Counted from the stretch's first letter, positions 49,986-61,792 are shown. The stretch: 64,000 nucleotides of DNA from Myxococcales bacterium (GCA_047601445.1 JASGJH010000001.1:8864001-8928000); one strand, 5' to 3'. Program-made: numbers and translations. The notes: generated from the sequence alone by a model not told the origin.

Positions 49986-50306
49986 TCAGTCAGGTCGGCG
50001 GACACGCACGGTGGGACCCGTGCTGCGGATGCGTTCGCGGGCGCTCAAGGCATCGATGAAGCCGTCCTTCTTCTCGATCTTGAACGTGTAGGGGTCCGCC
50101 ACGATGGGCTGCTCGGTCTTGCCGCGGGTGGCCGCCTCGGCCTCCCCCTTCTCGGTCGCGAAGACCTCGGCCTCCTGGAGCGCACGGGACCACGTGCCCT
50201 GGGCCGTCAAGTACACGGGGGCGCCGTCGGCCAACCAGTGCGCGGTCACCACCACCAACTCATTCGTATCCGCCATGTGCGCCAATTTCGGGAGGGAATG
50301 AGCCAT
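49986..50306 (-). CDS. DUF2849 protein (start may be 50276)
   Basis: VTAHWLADG.PVY...W, DPY, RERIR..GPT. Upstream of the reductase. Confidence 0.75.
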   Translation of the reverse strand: MAHSLPKLAHMADTNELVVVTAHWLADGAPVYLTAQGTWSRALQEAEVFATEKGEAEAATRGKTEQPIVADPYTFKIEKKDGFIDALSARERIRSTGPTVRVRRPD

Positions 50307-50323
50307 CCGACAACCGGAGAGTT

Positions 50324-50351
50324 GTTATGTTATCCATAACGTTCTGTTATG
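50324..50351. promoter_or_regulatory. LysR operator GTTATG-N5-CATAAC-N5-GTTATG
   Basis: Overlapping inverted repeats containing T-N11-A, between the divergent LysR gene and the reductase operon. Confidence 0.65.
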
Positions 50352-50364
50352 GTTCGGAGACGTC

Positions 50365-51249
50365 ATGGATCTCGATAAATTGCGGGCGTTCGCCGCGGTG
50401 GCCGAGGAGGGCAACATCACGCGGGCGGCACGGCGGCTGCGCACCAGCCAACCGGCCGTGTCCAAGCAGGTCTCGGAGCTCGAGGAGTCGTTGGGAGCGG
50501 TGCTCTTCGACCGGCTCCCGCGGGGGGTCCGGCTCACGGAGGCCGGCCAGGTGCTGATGCGCCATACCCAGCAGATCCTGGCAGCCGAGCGCCTGGCCGA
50601 GAACGAGATCGCGGAATTGAGCGGGCTCACCCGCGGCAAGCTCTCCATCGGGGCCAGCACCACCATCGGCAGCTACCTGCTGCCGGGCGTGTTTGGGGCC
50701 TTCCAGCGCAAGCACCCCCAGGTGCGTCTGGAGCTCGAGATTGCCAACACCACCGTGATCCAGGCGATGGCGCTCGACGGCCGCATCGACCTCGGGTTGA
50801 CCGAGGGCTTCATGCCCACGGACCAGCTCACCGCCGAGGTCGTCTACTACGACGAGATGGTCGCCATCGTGGCGCCCGACCATCCGCTGTCGGCCAAGCC
50901 CAAGGTTCAGCTGCGTGACCTGCGCAAGGTCCCCTTCATCAGCCGCGAGCGCGGCTCCGGCACGCGCGACGTGATCGAGGCGGCACTGGCGGAGCAGCAA
51001 GTTGAACTCGAGCCCGTGATGTCGCTGGGCAGCACGGAGGCGGTCAAGCGCGCGGTGGCAGCGGGTCTCGGCCTGGCCATCGTGTCGCGCCTCACCGTGG
51101 AGCTCGAGGTGCAGGCCAAGAAGCTCGTGGTGTTGGACGTGGCCGACCTCAATGTCCGACGCGGTCTTCACTTGGTGCGCTTGAAGGGAAAGCGCGAGAG
51201 CCGTGCGGTGGCGATGTTCCTCAAGCTGCTGCGCGAGGCCTTGGTCTGA
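50365..51249 (+). CDS. LysR-family regulator (CysL-like)
   Basis: HTH NITRAA...SQPAVS, GASTTIG.Y.LP, RE.GSGTR, STEAVK. Confidence 0.9.
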   Translation: MDLDKLRAFAAVAEEGNITRAARRLRTSQPAVSKQVSELEESLGAVLFDRLPRGVRLTEAGQVLMRHTQQILAAERLAENEIAELSGLTRGKLSIGASTTIGSYLLPGVFGAFQRKHPQVRLELEIANTTVIQAMALDGRIDLGLTEGFMPTDQLTAEVVYYDEMVAIVAPDHPLSAKPKVQLRDLRKVPFISRERGSGTRDVIEAALAEQQVELEPVMSLGSTEAVKRAVAAGLGLAIVSRLTVELEVQAKKLVVLDVADLNVRRGLHLVRLKGKRESRAVAMFLKLLREALV

Positions 51250-51270
51250 GATTCCGGCGCAGCGGCCCGT

Positions 51271-53721
51271 CTAGAACGTTCCGCGCACGCCCATGATGGG
51301 CATCGTGATCGGGAAGCCCACGTACTCCACCTTGCACCTGGACTCGTTGCAGGACCAGGACAAGGGCTCGCGCTGGAACGTGAAGTTCAGCCAGTCGAGG
51401 GTGAAGCGTAGCTCGCCCCAGGGCTTGGCCCAGACGCGAGAGATGTTGAGATCGCCGCGGAAAAACGGGGGAAGGCGAGCCCGCTGACGCGGGTCGATCT
51501 CGGTGGTGGCGCCCAGCGGAAAGCGGCCGCTCTGGGCATAGCCGCGCAGCGAGACGCTCCAGCGTGGAGAGGCGCGCCAGCGGAGTACCAGGTTGGCTAC
51601 GTGACGCACGTCGAAGTTGGGCACCAGGCGCTTTCCATCCTCGGTATGACCATCGGCCTTGGAGAGCGTGTAGGCCAGCCAGCCGGAGAGCTTCTCCTCG
51701 TAGTCGCGACGGATCATCAATTCGTTGCCGTAGGCGCGCGCCGACATGCGGGCCAGCCCGTCGGACTCTCGGCAGGTCTCCGGAGGTTGGACGGGGGGAG
51801 GTTGCTCCGGAGGAACTTCGAGGGCTTGTCCTTGTGCGGGTGGAGCGGGTGCAGGGACCGGAACGCCCTGTGAATCGCTGCTCGTCGTGCAGTTGCTGCC
51901 TTTGATGGCGGTGTCGAAGGTGATCATCTCGCTGTAAAAATGAGCGAACAGCTTGCTTTCGATGCGGAACGAGCCTGGCAAATCGAGTCCGGCGCCCACC
52001 TCCGTCTGCACGGCGCGTTGGAGGCCACGGTCCAACGCCACGTCGGAGATACCCGGCAACGGGATCAAGAACACGGCCGGTTGGTACGCCAGGCCTGCCG
52101 CCGCGTGCACCGTCAATGCGTCGGTCGCGAACCAGCGCACCACACCGCGAGGTTCCAGCGCGCGCTGCATCTTGGAGCCCGTCAGCCAGATGTCACCGCG
52201 CAATCCACCCTCGAACTCAAGCCGAGGCAAGATGGGCATGCGCAGCTCCACGTAGCCGCCGAGCACGTTGCGCCCCGTGGCCGACTGATAGAGCGGGTTG
52301 CGCTTCTGCAGCATCTGTTGGTCGGGGTCGTCGTTGTTGGCGAGAGGGTTCTGGATGCGGCCCGACGTGGCCAGCGTGTCTGCGCCCAGCCGTAGGCGCG
52401 CCTTCGAGATCGGCAGGGCCAGCCAGAGCTTGGAGCCCATGCGATAGGCGCGGACCGCGAACTCCTCGGACATGATGCTGTGCTCGATGCCACCGGTGAC
52501 GGCGGTGCCGATCTCGAGCTCGTCCACGCGTTTGACTAGACGTGCATCCAGGCGATGAAACTGCAGTTCCAAGTCGCGGTGCGTGCGCCCCTCGTAGTGT
52601 TGGCCGACGAAGTCGTAGGAACCGAGCGCCACTAGCTGAGCTTCCGTGGTGGCCGACAGTGGGAGCACCGCGCGCAGCTGATAATCCCAGTACTGCACTC
52701 TCGCTCGCGAGTCGAAGAGCATCGCGACCAGACCTGGATAGCCGTAGCGTCCGCCAATCTCGATGCGCCCGCGCTTGCCGAACGGCTTCGCCAAATAGGC
52801 CTGCATGTCGACCAGGCGAATCTCGAGCTCTCCATGAACCCCAGGCTTGAGCGGTCGAAAGGCCGCCTTGCCCGCCACCACGCCGCCGGTCTTGCGTCCG
52901 TAGCGCAGCGGCGCCACGCCCGGATAGAAGTCGATGGGGCCCACCATCGCGGGGTGCACCACCGCGGGCCCGAGCGCCATGTGGAACAGCGCGGGCATCT
53001 GGATGTCATCGTAGAAGTAGGCGGTCGCGGAGGGTGGAGCGCCGCGCACGTAGACGTAGGGCACCCCCGACATCACGGGCACCACGCCCGGCAAGGCCTC
53101 GATGGCACGAAACGGATCCCCGAACGCGCCGGGTGTTTCTCGTACTTGCTCCAGGCTCAGGCCGTGAGCCGTGGGATTCGGGCGCGAGACGGTGCCCTGC
53201 GCGCCGTACTCGGGGGCGGCGGGTGCAGCCGGCAGGGCAGGAGTCTCCGCCGTCGTCGTCGGGCTGGTCGTGCTGGGGGCTGGTGCCGTACCTACGGGGG
53301 CTTGCGACGTCGGCGCCCGAAGCAGGGGAAAGCGCACGCGCACGCGCGCCGGGCTGGCCCTTCCGTCCACCTGCGCCGGCAAGAACTCGGACTCCACGAG
53401 CGCCGCTGCGATGGCGTCGCAAGCGGCTCCGGGCAACTCGCATGGTTCGAGCTGGGCTCTGCCGTCGCGGCCCACCACGATGCCGACCTCCACGAACTCC
53501 TGCTCAGGGAAGGGCACGTCAGCAGGCCACAGCGCGCCCGCGATGTACACGGCGCGCGGCGGCTGGGGGCCCGACCTCTCACCCTCGTCGCTCTCCGCCG
53601 CAGGGCCTGCGTCGACCCACCCCTCGTCCCCGCGCACGCCCGCGTCGTCCTGCGCACGCACCACGCCCGCCCAGGATAAGGCACACAGCAAAAGAGTTAG
53701 AACCCCGGGGAGGAGAAGCAC
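51271..53721 (-). CDS. TonB-dependent receptor-like protein with an N-terminal TonB-C-like domain
   Basis: Signal peptide, EFLPAQVDG, plug PGAFGDP...LPGV...VRG, YPG...YG..TGG, C-terminal GVRGTF. Confidence 0.8.
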   Translation of the reverse strand: MLLLPGVLTLLLCALSWAGVVRAQDDAGVRGDEGWVDAGPAAESDEGERSGPQPPRAVYIAGALWPADVPFPEQEFVEVGIVVGRDGRAQLEPCELPGAACDAIAAALVESEFLPAQVDGRASPARVRVRFPLLRAPTSQAPVGTAPAPSTTSPTTTAETPALPAAPAAPEYGAQGTVSRPNPTAHGLSLEQVRETPGAFGDPFRAIEALPGVVPVMSGVPYVYVRGAPPSATAYFYDDIQMPALFHMALGPAVVHPAMVGPIDFYPGVAPLRYGRKTGGVVAGKAAFRPLKPGVHGELEIRLVDMQAYLAKPFGKRGRIEIGGRYGYPGLVAMLFDSRARVQYWDYQLRAVLPLSATTEAQLVALGSYDFVGQHYEGRTHRDLELQFHRLDARLVKRVDELEIGTAVTGGIEHSIMSEEFAVRAYRMGSKLWLALPISKARLRLGADTLATSGRIQNPLANNDDPDQQMLQKRNPLYQSATGRNVLGGYVELRMPILPRLEFEGGLRGDIWLTGSKMQRALEPRGVVRWFATDALTVHAAAGLAYQPAVFLIPLPGISDVALDRGLQRAVQTEVGAGLDLPGSFRIESKLFAHFYSEMITFDTAIKGSNCTTSSDSQGVPVPAPAPPAQGQALEVPPEQPPPVQPPETCRESDGLARMSARAYGNELMIRRDYEEKLSGWLAYTLSKADGHTEDGKRLVPNFDVRHVANLVLRWRASPRWSVSLRGYAQSGRFPLGATTEIDPRQRARLPPFFRGDLNISRVWAKPWGELRFTLDWLNFTFQREPLSWSCNESRCKVEYVGFPITMPIMGVRGTF

Positions 53722-53760
53722 GGGTCGCTCGAGGGCGGCATCCTATCAGGCCCCCGCGGA

Positions 53761-54603
53761 TCAGGTAGCGATGGATGCGCAGACATAGTCGGGGATCACC
53801 CCGGAAGCATCGATCAGCAACTGGTAGTTGTCTTTGGCGGTGTTGCCCGAAAGAGTGAGCACCGTATCGATGCCGAACTTGTTGCCCCCCCGAATGTCCG
53901 TCTCGAGCGTGTCGCCCACCATCAGGATGTCCTTGCGCCGCACCCCCGGCGTAATGGCGCTGGCGCGGGCGAAGCTGTACGAGAACATGTAGGCATCGGG
54001 CTTGCCGAACCGCACGAACTGCTTGCCGAGAATGCTCTCGATCAGGTCAGCGATGCCCCCGACGGCCACCGCGACGTCGTTGCCGTGCGTGGGGTAGACC
54101 TTGTCTGCGTTGGCCACGACCACGGGCACCGTGCGATGGCGCAGCAGGTTGATCGCACGGTTGATGTCGGGCTGCCAGTCGAAGCCTTCGTCGTCGAGCA
54201 GGGCCACCGCGCCGATCTGCGTGTTCTCGTCGCAGCGGTTGAGCGGGATGGGGCTCAGGCCTGCCGACTCGATGTAGTAGGCCGAGTCTGCCTTGCCGAG
54301 GTAGGCGACCTGACCGGTCTTCACCTTGGAGCGCAGGAAATCGCGCGCGAGGAGGCCAGAGCTGACCACCCGGTCCTCCGGAAATAGTTCACCGAACTCT
54401 GGGTGCAGGTAGAGCTGGCCCATCTTGCGCGGGGAGCGCGAGGAGTCGTTGGTAACGATGAAGAGCTCCTTGCCCGAGCGCTTGAGGTCGGCGAGCACGT
54501 CCAGCACGCCGTCGATGACGCCCTCGAAGTTCTTGAGCACCCCGTAGGCATCGAAGAAGATGACGGAGTAGTTCTCGGCCAGGGCACGAAACGATTGCAA
54601 CAT
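53761..54603 (-). CDS. HAD-superfamily IIA (NagD-like) phosphatase
   Basis: FDAYGV, VTND, GKPD, MVGDTLETDI.GG. Confidence 0.88.
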   Translation of the reverse strand: MLQSFRALAENYSVIFFDAYGVLKNFEGVIDGVLDVLADLKRSGKELFIVTNDSSRSPRKMGQLYLHPEFGELFPEDRVVSSGLLARDFLRSKVKTGQVAYLGKADSAYYIESAGLSPIPLNRCDENTQIGAVALLDDEGFDWQPDINRAINLLRHRTVPVVVANADKVYPTHGNDVAVAVGGIADLIESILGKQFVRFGKPDAYMFSYSFARASAITPGVRRKDILMVGDTLETDIRGGNKFGIDTVLTLSGNTAKDNYQLLIDASGVIPDYVCASIAT

Positions 54604-54691
54604 GCGGCAAGTGTATGCGCTCTCGCGCCGTGCCGCAGGTTTCGCGGACCGCACGGGTAGGCGCTGCTCGCCGGGCCTCCGGGGGCGGGAC

Positions 54692-55387
54692 TCAGGGACG
54701 AGGCGGCGGGTTCGACAGGTGGCCGACGTGCCGGATGTCCTTGCCCTTGACCATGAAGACCACGAGCTCGGCCAGGTTGGTGCTGTGATCGGCGATGCGC
54801 TCGAGCCACTTGGCCACGGACTGGATGTGGATGCCGCGCTGAATGGCCGATGAGTCGCGCATCATCATCTGCAGGATGTCGCGGAAGATCTGGTGGTAGA
54901 GCTCGTCGACCTCGTCGTCGCGGGCGATGACCTCCTCGGCCTTGCGGTCGTCCGCATGCACGAAGGCGTCGATGGCGTCGCGCACCATGCTCTGCACCAG
55001 GTCGGCGGTGCGAACGATGTCGTCGTAGCTCCGCAGGGGGGGCTCGGCCGAAAGGTCGATGGCGCGCTCGCAGATGTTCACTGCCAAGTCCCCGATGCGC
55101 TCGAGGTCGGTCACCATCTTGAGGGCGAGCGTGATGAAGCGCAGGTCGCTGCCCATGGGCTGGCGCTTGGCGAGGATGACGAGGCAGAGCTCATCCGTCT
55201 CTACTTCGCCCTGATTCACTTTGTGATCGTTCTCGATGGTGCGCCGCGCCAGGTTCACATCGCGCTCGACCATGGCCTTGACCGCGCTCGCAATCATGGC
55301 TTCCACGTGACCGGCCATCAGCAAGAGCTTGTCGCGCACTTGCCGGAGCTGGTTGTCGTATTCGCGATCGATGTGGGCGCGCGTCAT
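54692..55387 (-). CDS. phoU: Phosphate signalling protein PhoU
   Basis: QP.GSDLR, DLERIGD, DDEVD, ERIADH..N.AE. Confidence 0.95.
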   Translation of the reverse strand: MTRAHIDREYDNQLRQVRDKLLLMAGHVEAMIASAVKAMVERDVNLARRTIENDHKVNQGEVETDELCLVILAKRQPMGSDLRFITLALKMVTDLERIGDLAVNICERAIDLSAEPPLRSYDDIVRTADLVQSMVRDAIDAFVHADDRKAEEVIARDDEVDELYHQIFRDILQMMMRDSSAIQRGIHIQSVAKWLERIADHSTNLAELVVFMVKGKDIRHVGHLSNPPPRP

Positions 55388-55462
55388 GACACTTCCCTAA
55401 ACGGACTCGAACCAAATGAGTCTAACAGTTACCCGCTTCGACTGTGCTCTTTTTGCAACGGA

Positions 55463-56251
55463 TCAGCCGAATTTTCCGGTGATGTAGTCCTCGGTTCGGG
55501 TGTCCTTCGGCTTGGTGAAAATGGTGTTCGTGGGCCCGGCTTCAACCAGGTCACCCTGCAGGAAGAACGCGGTCTGGTCCGAGATACGCGCCGCCTGCTG
55601 CATGTTGTGCGTCACGACCACGATGGTGTAGCGCTCCTTGAGCTCATGGATCAGGTCCTCGATGCGGGCCGTCGCGATCGGATCCAGGGCCGAGCAAGGC
55701 TCGTCCATCAAGAGAACGTCGGGTTCCACCGCGAGGGCGCGGGCGATACACAGGCGTTGCTGCTGGCCGCCAGAGAGGCTGGTGCCCGCCGCGCTGAGAC
55801 GATCCTTGACGTCGTCCCAAAGTGCGGCCTGGCGGAGCGCGGACTCGACGATGCGCTCCGCCTCCTCCCGGCGATGGGTGTGGGTCAGGTACTTGCCAGC
55901 CAAGACGTTGTCGCGGATGGACATCGTCGGGAAAGGATTGGGCTTTTGGAACACCATTCCGACGCGGCGCCGCAGCAGCACCGGATCGACGTCGGTTTCG
56001 TAGACATTTTCGCCGTCCAGCTCCACACGCCCTTCGGCGCGGGCAGCGGACACGAGCTCGTGCATGCGGTTGAGGCAGCGCACGAAGGTGGACTTGCCGC
56101 AGCCAGAGGGACCGATGATGGCCGTGACCCCCTTGGCGTGGATATCGATGTCGATCCCGTGCAGGACTTCGTGGTTACCGAACCATGCGCGGAGGGCACG
56201 GATCACATACTTGGGGGCATTGCTCATGGGACTCTCGGGCACGATCATCAT
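55463..56251 (-). CDS. pstB: Phosphate ABC transporter ATPase
   Basis: [45 protein letters not shown]. Confidence 0.95.
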   Translation of the reverse strand: MMIVPESPMSNAPKYVIRALRAWFGNHEVLHGIDIDIHAKGVTAIIGPSGCGKSTFVRCLNRMHELVSAARAEGRVELDGENVYETDVDPVLLRRRVGMVFQKPNPFPTMSIRDNVLAGKYLTHTHRREEAERIVESALRQAALWDDVKDRLSAAGTSLSGGQQQRLCIARALAVEPDVLLMDEPCSALDPIATARIEDLIHELKERYTIVVVTHNMQQAARISDQTAFFLQGDLVEAGPTNTIFTKPKDTRTEDYITGKFG

Positions 56252-56268
56252 GAAACGGCTCAGGCTTC

Positions 56269-57183
56269 TCAGTGGCGGTGGCTCCGTCTAGCCTGCATGC
56301 GGTCGCGCACCACGATGGCGGTCGCGTTGAGGATGAGCATCATGCACAGGAGCACGATGATGCCCGCCGCAGCGTTCACCAGGAACTCCTTCTGGGGCCG
56401 TGATACCCAGTTGAAGATCTGGATGGGGAGCGCCCCGAACGGGGCATCGATACCGTCGGGCAAGAACGTGACGTAGCTGAGGGCACCCACCACCACGAGC
56501 GGCGCGGTCTCTCCCATGGCGCGCGAGAGGGCCAGGATGGAACCGGTCAGGATGCCCGGCAGGGCTTCCGGAAGCACGACCTGGCGGATGGTCTGCCAGC
56601 GCGTGGCACCCAACGCCAGGCACGCCTCGCGCGTGGCCATGGACACCGTGCGCAGCGCCTCGCGCGAAGCGACCACCACGATGGGCAGCACCAGCAGCGC
56701 CAGGGTGGCGGCGCCCGCGATCAAGCTGCGCCCGAGCCCCAGGGTGCGCACGAACAGACCGAGGCCCAAGAGGCCGTAGATCACCGAGGGGACGCCCGCC
56801 AAGTTGGCGATGTTGACCTCGATGAGCAACGCCAGCCGACTCTTCTTGCCGTACTCCTCGAGGTACACGGCGGCGCCCACGCCCACGGGCAGGGCGATCA
56901 GGGCGGTCAGTACGATGAGGTACAGGGTGCCCACCGCGGCCGGCAAGATGCCCGCCAGGGCCGCCTTGCGGGAAGGAAAGCTGACCAAGAAGTCCCAGCC
57001 GAGCCGGGGCAGGCCATCGATGACCATCCGCACCAGCAGGCTCGCCAGCATCAGCACGGGTAGCAGCACCGCCGCCAGGCAGGCGCTCACGAACACGCGT
57101 TCGCGCAGCTTGTAGCCGCCGCGACTTGGGGCCTTGAGGCTCGACTTGCGGGCAAGGGGGGGCGTGGCTTCACGGATGGTCAT
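56269..57183 (-). CDS. pstA: Phosphate ABC permease
   Basis: [25 protein letters not shown]. Confidence 0.93.
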   Translation of the reverse strand: MTIREATPPLARKSSLKAPSRGGYKLRERVFVSACLAAVLLPVLMLASLLVRMVIDGLPRLGWDFLVSFPSRKAALAGILPAAVGTLYLIVLTALIALPVGVGAAVYLEEYGKKSRLALLIEVNIANLAGVPSVIYGLLGLGLFVRTLGLGRSLIAGAATLALLVLPIVVVASREALRTVSMATREACLALGATRWQTIRQVVLPEALPGILTGSILALSRAMGETAPLVVVGALSYVTFLPDGIDAPFGALPIQIFNWVSRPQKEFLVNAAAGIIVLLCMMLILNATAIVVRDRMQARRSHRH

Positions 57184-57184
57184 G

Positions 57185-58125
<941 letters not shown>

Positions 58126-58129
<4 letters not shown>

Positions 58130-59175
58130 TTTCCCGACAGCAGGTCCGCCACCGTGACGCCCACGCGTGACCCCGACCCTGCAAACACCGAACCAGTCGT
58201 GCGTGCATCGAAGCGACCCGTCGCGAGCTGGTAGGTGTTCGCGGGCAGCGCGATGTAGCCGACCTCGTTGACGAGCTTGGTGCCCTGGCCGAGGTAGTAG
58301 TGCACGAAATCCTGCACTTCCTTGCGATCGGAGTTGCCACGACTCACGTAGATGAAGATCGGGCGCGCGAGGGGCTGATACGTGCCGTCCTCGATGGTCT
58401 TGGGCGACGGCGCGATCGGACCATCGCCGTTCTCCTTGTTGCCATCGTCGATCGACAGCAGTTTGAGCACGTTCTTGTTCTCTTCGTAGTAGGCGAACCC
58501 AAAGAAGCCGAGCGCCAGCTTGTCGGTGGAGATGCCCTTGACCAAGACGTTGTCGTCTTCGCTCGAGGTGTAGTCACCGCGGCTCTTGTGTTCTTCGCCC
58601 ACGACGGCCTTGGTGAAGTAATCGTAGGTGCCCGAGTCGACGCCAGCGCCGAACAGGTGAATCTCTTCTTCCGGCCAGCCCGCACGGATGTCCGCCCAGG
58701 TCTTCACCTTGCCCTGAGCCTCCGGGGCCCAGAGCTTCTTGAGCTCGTCCACCGTCATGGTGGTAGCCCAGGTGTTCTGAGGATTGACCACCACCGCGAT
58801 GCCGTCGTACGCGACTGGCAGTTCGATGTAGTCCACGCCGTTCGCCTTGCAGGCCTCGACTTCGCTCGGCTTGATGGGGCGCGACGCACCGGCGATCGCG
58901 ATCTCCTTGGCGCACAGCTTCTTGAAGCCGCCGCCAGTACCCGAGGCAGCCACCGTGACGCGCGCCGCGTGGGACTTCTGAAACTCCTCGGCCATGGCTT
59001 CGCTGATCGGGAACACCGTGCTCGATCCGTCGATTGCGATGGGGTTGGCAGCCTGGGCCGCGGGGGCCTCGGCGGCCTTGCTGCCGCTGGGTTCCGCCGA
59101 CTGTTCGGCGCGCTTCGAGCACGCGGGCAGAACGAGGCTCAAGGTGGCACCCAACAGGGCTGCGCCAGACTTCAT
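58126..59175 (-). CDS. pstS: Phosphate-binding lipoprotein
   Basis: Lipobox LPAC, DGSSTV.P, SGTGGG, ASR, SGTYDYF. GGAGG RBS. Confidence 0.92.
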
Positions 59176-59279
59176 GTCCACAGAAATTCCTCCAGCAAAG
59201 ATCGGCGATTCGTCGCCTGGCGGGGAGGCCTGGTCGGCACGTATCCACCCGCTTCCGCCCCAGAAGCTGGACGGGCTTT

Positions 59280-59297
59280 GTGACATTTTGATGACGG
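59280..59297 (-). promoter_or_regulatory. Pho box upstream of pstS
   Basis: Minus strand ccGTCATcaaaatGTCAC, an 11-bp direct repeat. Confidence 0.75.
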
Positions 59298-59323
59298 CAC
59301 CGTCACATGTCGCAACGCGGCGT

Positions 59324-59374
59324 TTGTCACACGAATGTCACCGTCGGGCGGCCTTCGCGTCACTTGTGTGACGC
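59324..59374 (+). promoter_or_regulatory. Second, inverted Pho-box-like pair and a GTCAC palindrome
   Basis: Plus strand ttGTCACacgaatGTCAC (59326/59337) and GCGTCAC-ttgt-GTGACGC (59357-59374). Confidence 0.55.
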
Positions 59375-59420
59375 TTGGAAGGCGATTTTGCTTCGTTCGC
59401 GTCGCTTGACGCCCCCGAAG

Positions 59421-60650
59421 CTACTCGGCTGCGGCGGCTTCTTGCGCCACGAACACCTCGAGCAGGCTCTCCTCGGCGGGCACGCCTACTCGGAGGGGGA
59501 AGCCGTAGTGGCCGGTCCCCCGGTGGACGTAGAGCCGGTCCCTGCCCCGGGCCCAAAGCCCATGATCCGGCATGCTGGTGGCGGCGCTTACGATCGTCGA
59601 GGACAGGCCCAGACTCAACAAGCCGAGGTGTCCCCCATGCGTATGGCCACTGAACACCAGGTCCGCGTCACCCTCCGGAATGGCCTGGAAGGCCCCCGGG
59701 TCGTGCAGCAGCCACAGGCGTAGGACCCCCGGCGAACGCGGGTAAGCCAGCGACAGCGCGCGCAGGGCTTCGTTGCGCCCCTGCCAACGATGGTCAGCGC
59801 CGACCAGCTGGACCTTGCCCCAGGCCAGCTCCACCTCCACGGCCCGGTCCTGCAGCAACTCCACCGAGGCGCGGGTCAGGGCTTCTTTAACCAGCTCGGG
59901 GCATTCGTGGTCGTGGTTGCCGAAGCAGGCGAAGACGCGTCCTCGCATGGCGCTCAACGGAGCCAGCGCACGCGCGAGAGGATCGGGGCTGTGCTGGCTC
60001 TCGAAGGTGAGGAAATCGCCCGTGAGTAAGATCAGGTCGGGGGCGTCCTCGACGGCCCGCTCGCAGATGCCTCGGAGGCGCTCCTCGCTCATGAACGGGC
60101 CGAGATGGGGATCGGTGATTTGCACGATGCGCAGCGGGGCTGGGCCTCCCTGCAGCTTGGCCAACCAACCCCGCAGGCGCTGGCGATGCCGCCCCAGTGG
60201 GCCCGCGTCGACGCCGTCGAGCACGATACTTCGCCGCTCCTTGCGCGTGAAAATCGACTGGGCGAAGCCGAAGCCCGCGACCGCGAAGGGCAGCCAGGGG
60301 AGCCAGGGCGAGAAGCCGAGCGCTCGCGTTACGGCCCAGGGCAGCGCCAAGAACACGGCGGCGGAGAACCAAGACGCAGGCCAGGTGACCAGGGTTCGAT
60401 ACCAAGCGCCGGGGGCATAACGGCGCGAGAGCCGCGAAAAATAAAGGTAGGTCGCGAACTGGGAGTACCAAACCAGCCCTTCCACGGGCTTGCCGTAGGC
60501 GCTTAGCAGGGGCTCGAGCAGCGTGGAATTCAGCGTGTGGATGCCCAAAATCACTGCTGAAAACACCGCGATGAAGCGATTCCGGCGAGTCAGGGCCACC
60601 GCCAGGATGGCGCCGTAGGCGGCCAGGGACGCCAGCAGAAAAGGACGCAT
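59421..60650 (-). CDS. Membrane metallophosphoesterase (YkuE-like)
   Basis: TM helices, TDPH, TGDF, GNHD, LHDP, SGHTHGG. Confidence 0.88.
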   Translation of the reverse strand: MRPFLLASLAAYGAILAVALTRRNRFIAVFSAVILGIHTLNSTLLEPLLSAYGKPVEGLVWYSQFATYLYFSRLSRRYAPGAWYRTLVTWPASWFSAAVFLALPWAVTRALGFSPWLPWLPFAVAGFGFAQSIFTRKERRSIVLDGVDAGPLGRHRQRLRGWLAKLQGGPAPLRIVQITDPHLGPFMSEERLRGICERAVEDAPDLILLTGDFLTFESQHSPDPLARALAPLSAMRGRVFACFGNHDHECPELVKEALTRASVELLQDRAVEVELAWGKVQLVGADHRWQGRNEALRALSLAYPRSPGVLRLWLLHDPGAFQAIPEGDADLVFSGHTHGGHLGLLSLGLSSTIVSAATSMPDHGLWARGRDRLYVHRGTGHYGFPLRVGVPAEESLLEVFVAQEAAAAE

Positions 60651-60715
60651 CCGCTCACTCCTAGCCATCGCGGGCCGCATTGCCAAGTCAGCGCCGCTGA
60701 TACTATGTTCAGGCG

Positions 60716-61792
60716 GTGGAAGAGAGGCCGCGCAAGATCATCCACGTCGACATGGACGCCTTCTACGCGTCCGTGGAGCAGCGCGATCGACCCGAGCTGA
60801 GGGGACGCCCAGTGATCGTCGGGGGACGGCCTGGCATGCGCGGAGTCGTCGCAGCCTGCAGCTACGAGGCGCGTGCGTTCGGGGTGCGTTCGGCCATGCC
60901 CACCACGCGGGCCGAGCGGCTGTGCCCGGACGCGGTGTTCGTACGGCCGCGCATGGATCGCTACGTGGGCGTGAGTCGGGAGGTGCGCCAGATCTTCCGG
61001 CAGGTCACCGACCGCGTGGAGCCGTTGTCGCTGGACGAAGCCTACCTGGATGTCACCGAAAACAAGTTGAGCGAACCTTCCGCTGGCAAGCTCGCGCGGC
61101 ACCTCAAGGAAGAGATCAAGCAGCGCACCGGGCTCACCGCGTCAGCTGGGGTCGGCCCGAGCAAGCTGGTGGCCAAGATCGCGAGCGACGTAAACAAGCC
61201 CGACGGCTTCCTGGTGGTTCGGCCCGAGGATGTGGCTGCGTTTTTGGCCCCCTTGCCGGTCAGCCGCCTGTGGGGCGTTGGTCCCAAGACCGCGGAGCGC
61301 CTGGCGGAGCTCAACATCAAGACCGTCGAGGACGTGCGGAGGGCCGACATCGGCACGCTGACGCAGCGTCTGGGCAGATATGGGGCCTATCTCCTGGCGC
61401 AGGCATGGGGTGACGACGATCGCACCGTGGAGTCCGAGCGCGAGGCCAAGAGTCGTGGCAGCGAGACCACGTTCCTGGAAGACGAATGGAGCGTGAGTGC
61501 CCTGTGCCACACGTTGCAGGGCTTGAGCGAGCAGGTCTCGGCCGAGCTCGTCTCCATGGAGACAAGGGCGCGCACGGTGACGCTCAAGCTGCGCTACGCG
61601 GACTTCACCACCATCACGCGCAGTCGCTCCGTGCCGCGCCCACTCCAGGACGCCGCTTCCATCTACGAGATCGCCAAGGATCTCTTGGTCACGGCAACGC
61701 AGGCCGGCAGCCAGGCGGTGCGCTTGATCGGGGTCTCGGTGAGCACGCTGCAGCGCCCCGGAGCGCCCGAGCAACTGTTTCTCCCCTGGTAG
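60716..61792 (+). CDS. dinB: DNA polymerase IV
   Basis: HVDMDAFYASVE, SYEAR, SLDEAYLD, KPDG, little-finger domain. Confidence 0.95.
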   Translation: MEERPRKIIHVDMDAFYASVEQRDRPELRGRPVIVGGRPGMRGVVAACSYEARAFGVRSAMPTTRAERLCPDAVFVRPRMDRYVGVSREVRQIFRQVTDRVEPLSLDEAYLDVTENKLSEPSAGKLARHLKEEIKQRTGLTASAGVGPSKLVAKIASDVNKPDGFLVVRPEDVAAFLAPLPVSRLWGVGPKTAERLAELNIKTVEDVRRADIGTLTQRLGRYGAYLLAQAWGDDDRTVESEREAKSRGSETTFLEDEWSVSALCHTLQGLSEQVSAELVSMETRARTVTLKLRYADFTTITRSRSVPRPLQDAASIYEIAKDLLVTATQAGSQAVRLIGVSVSTLQRPGAPEQLFLPW

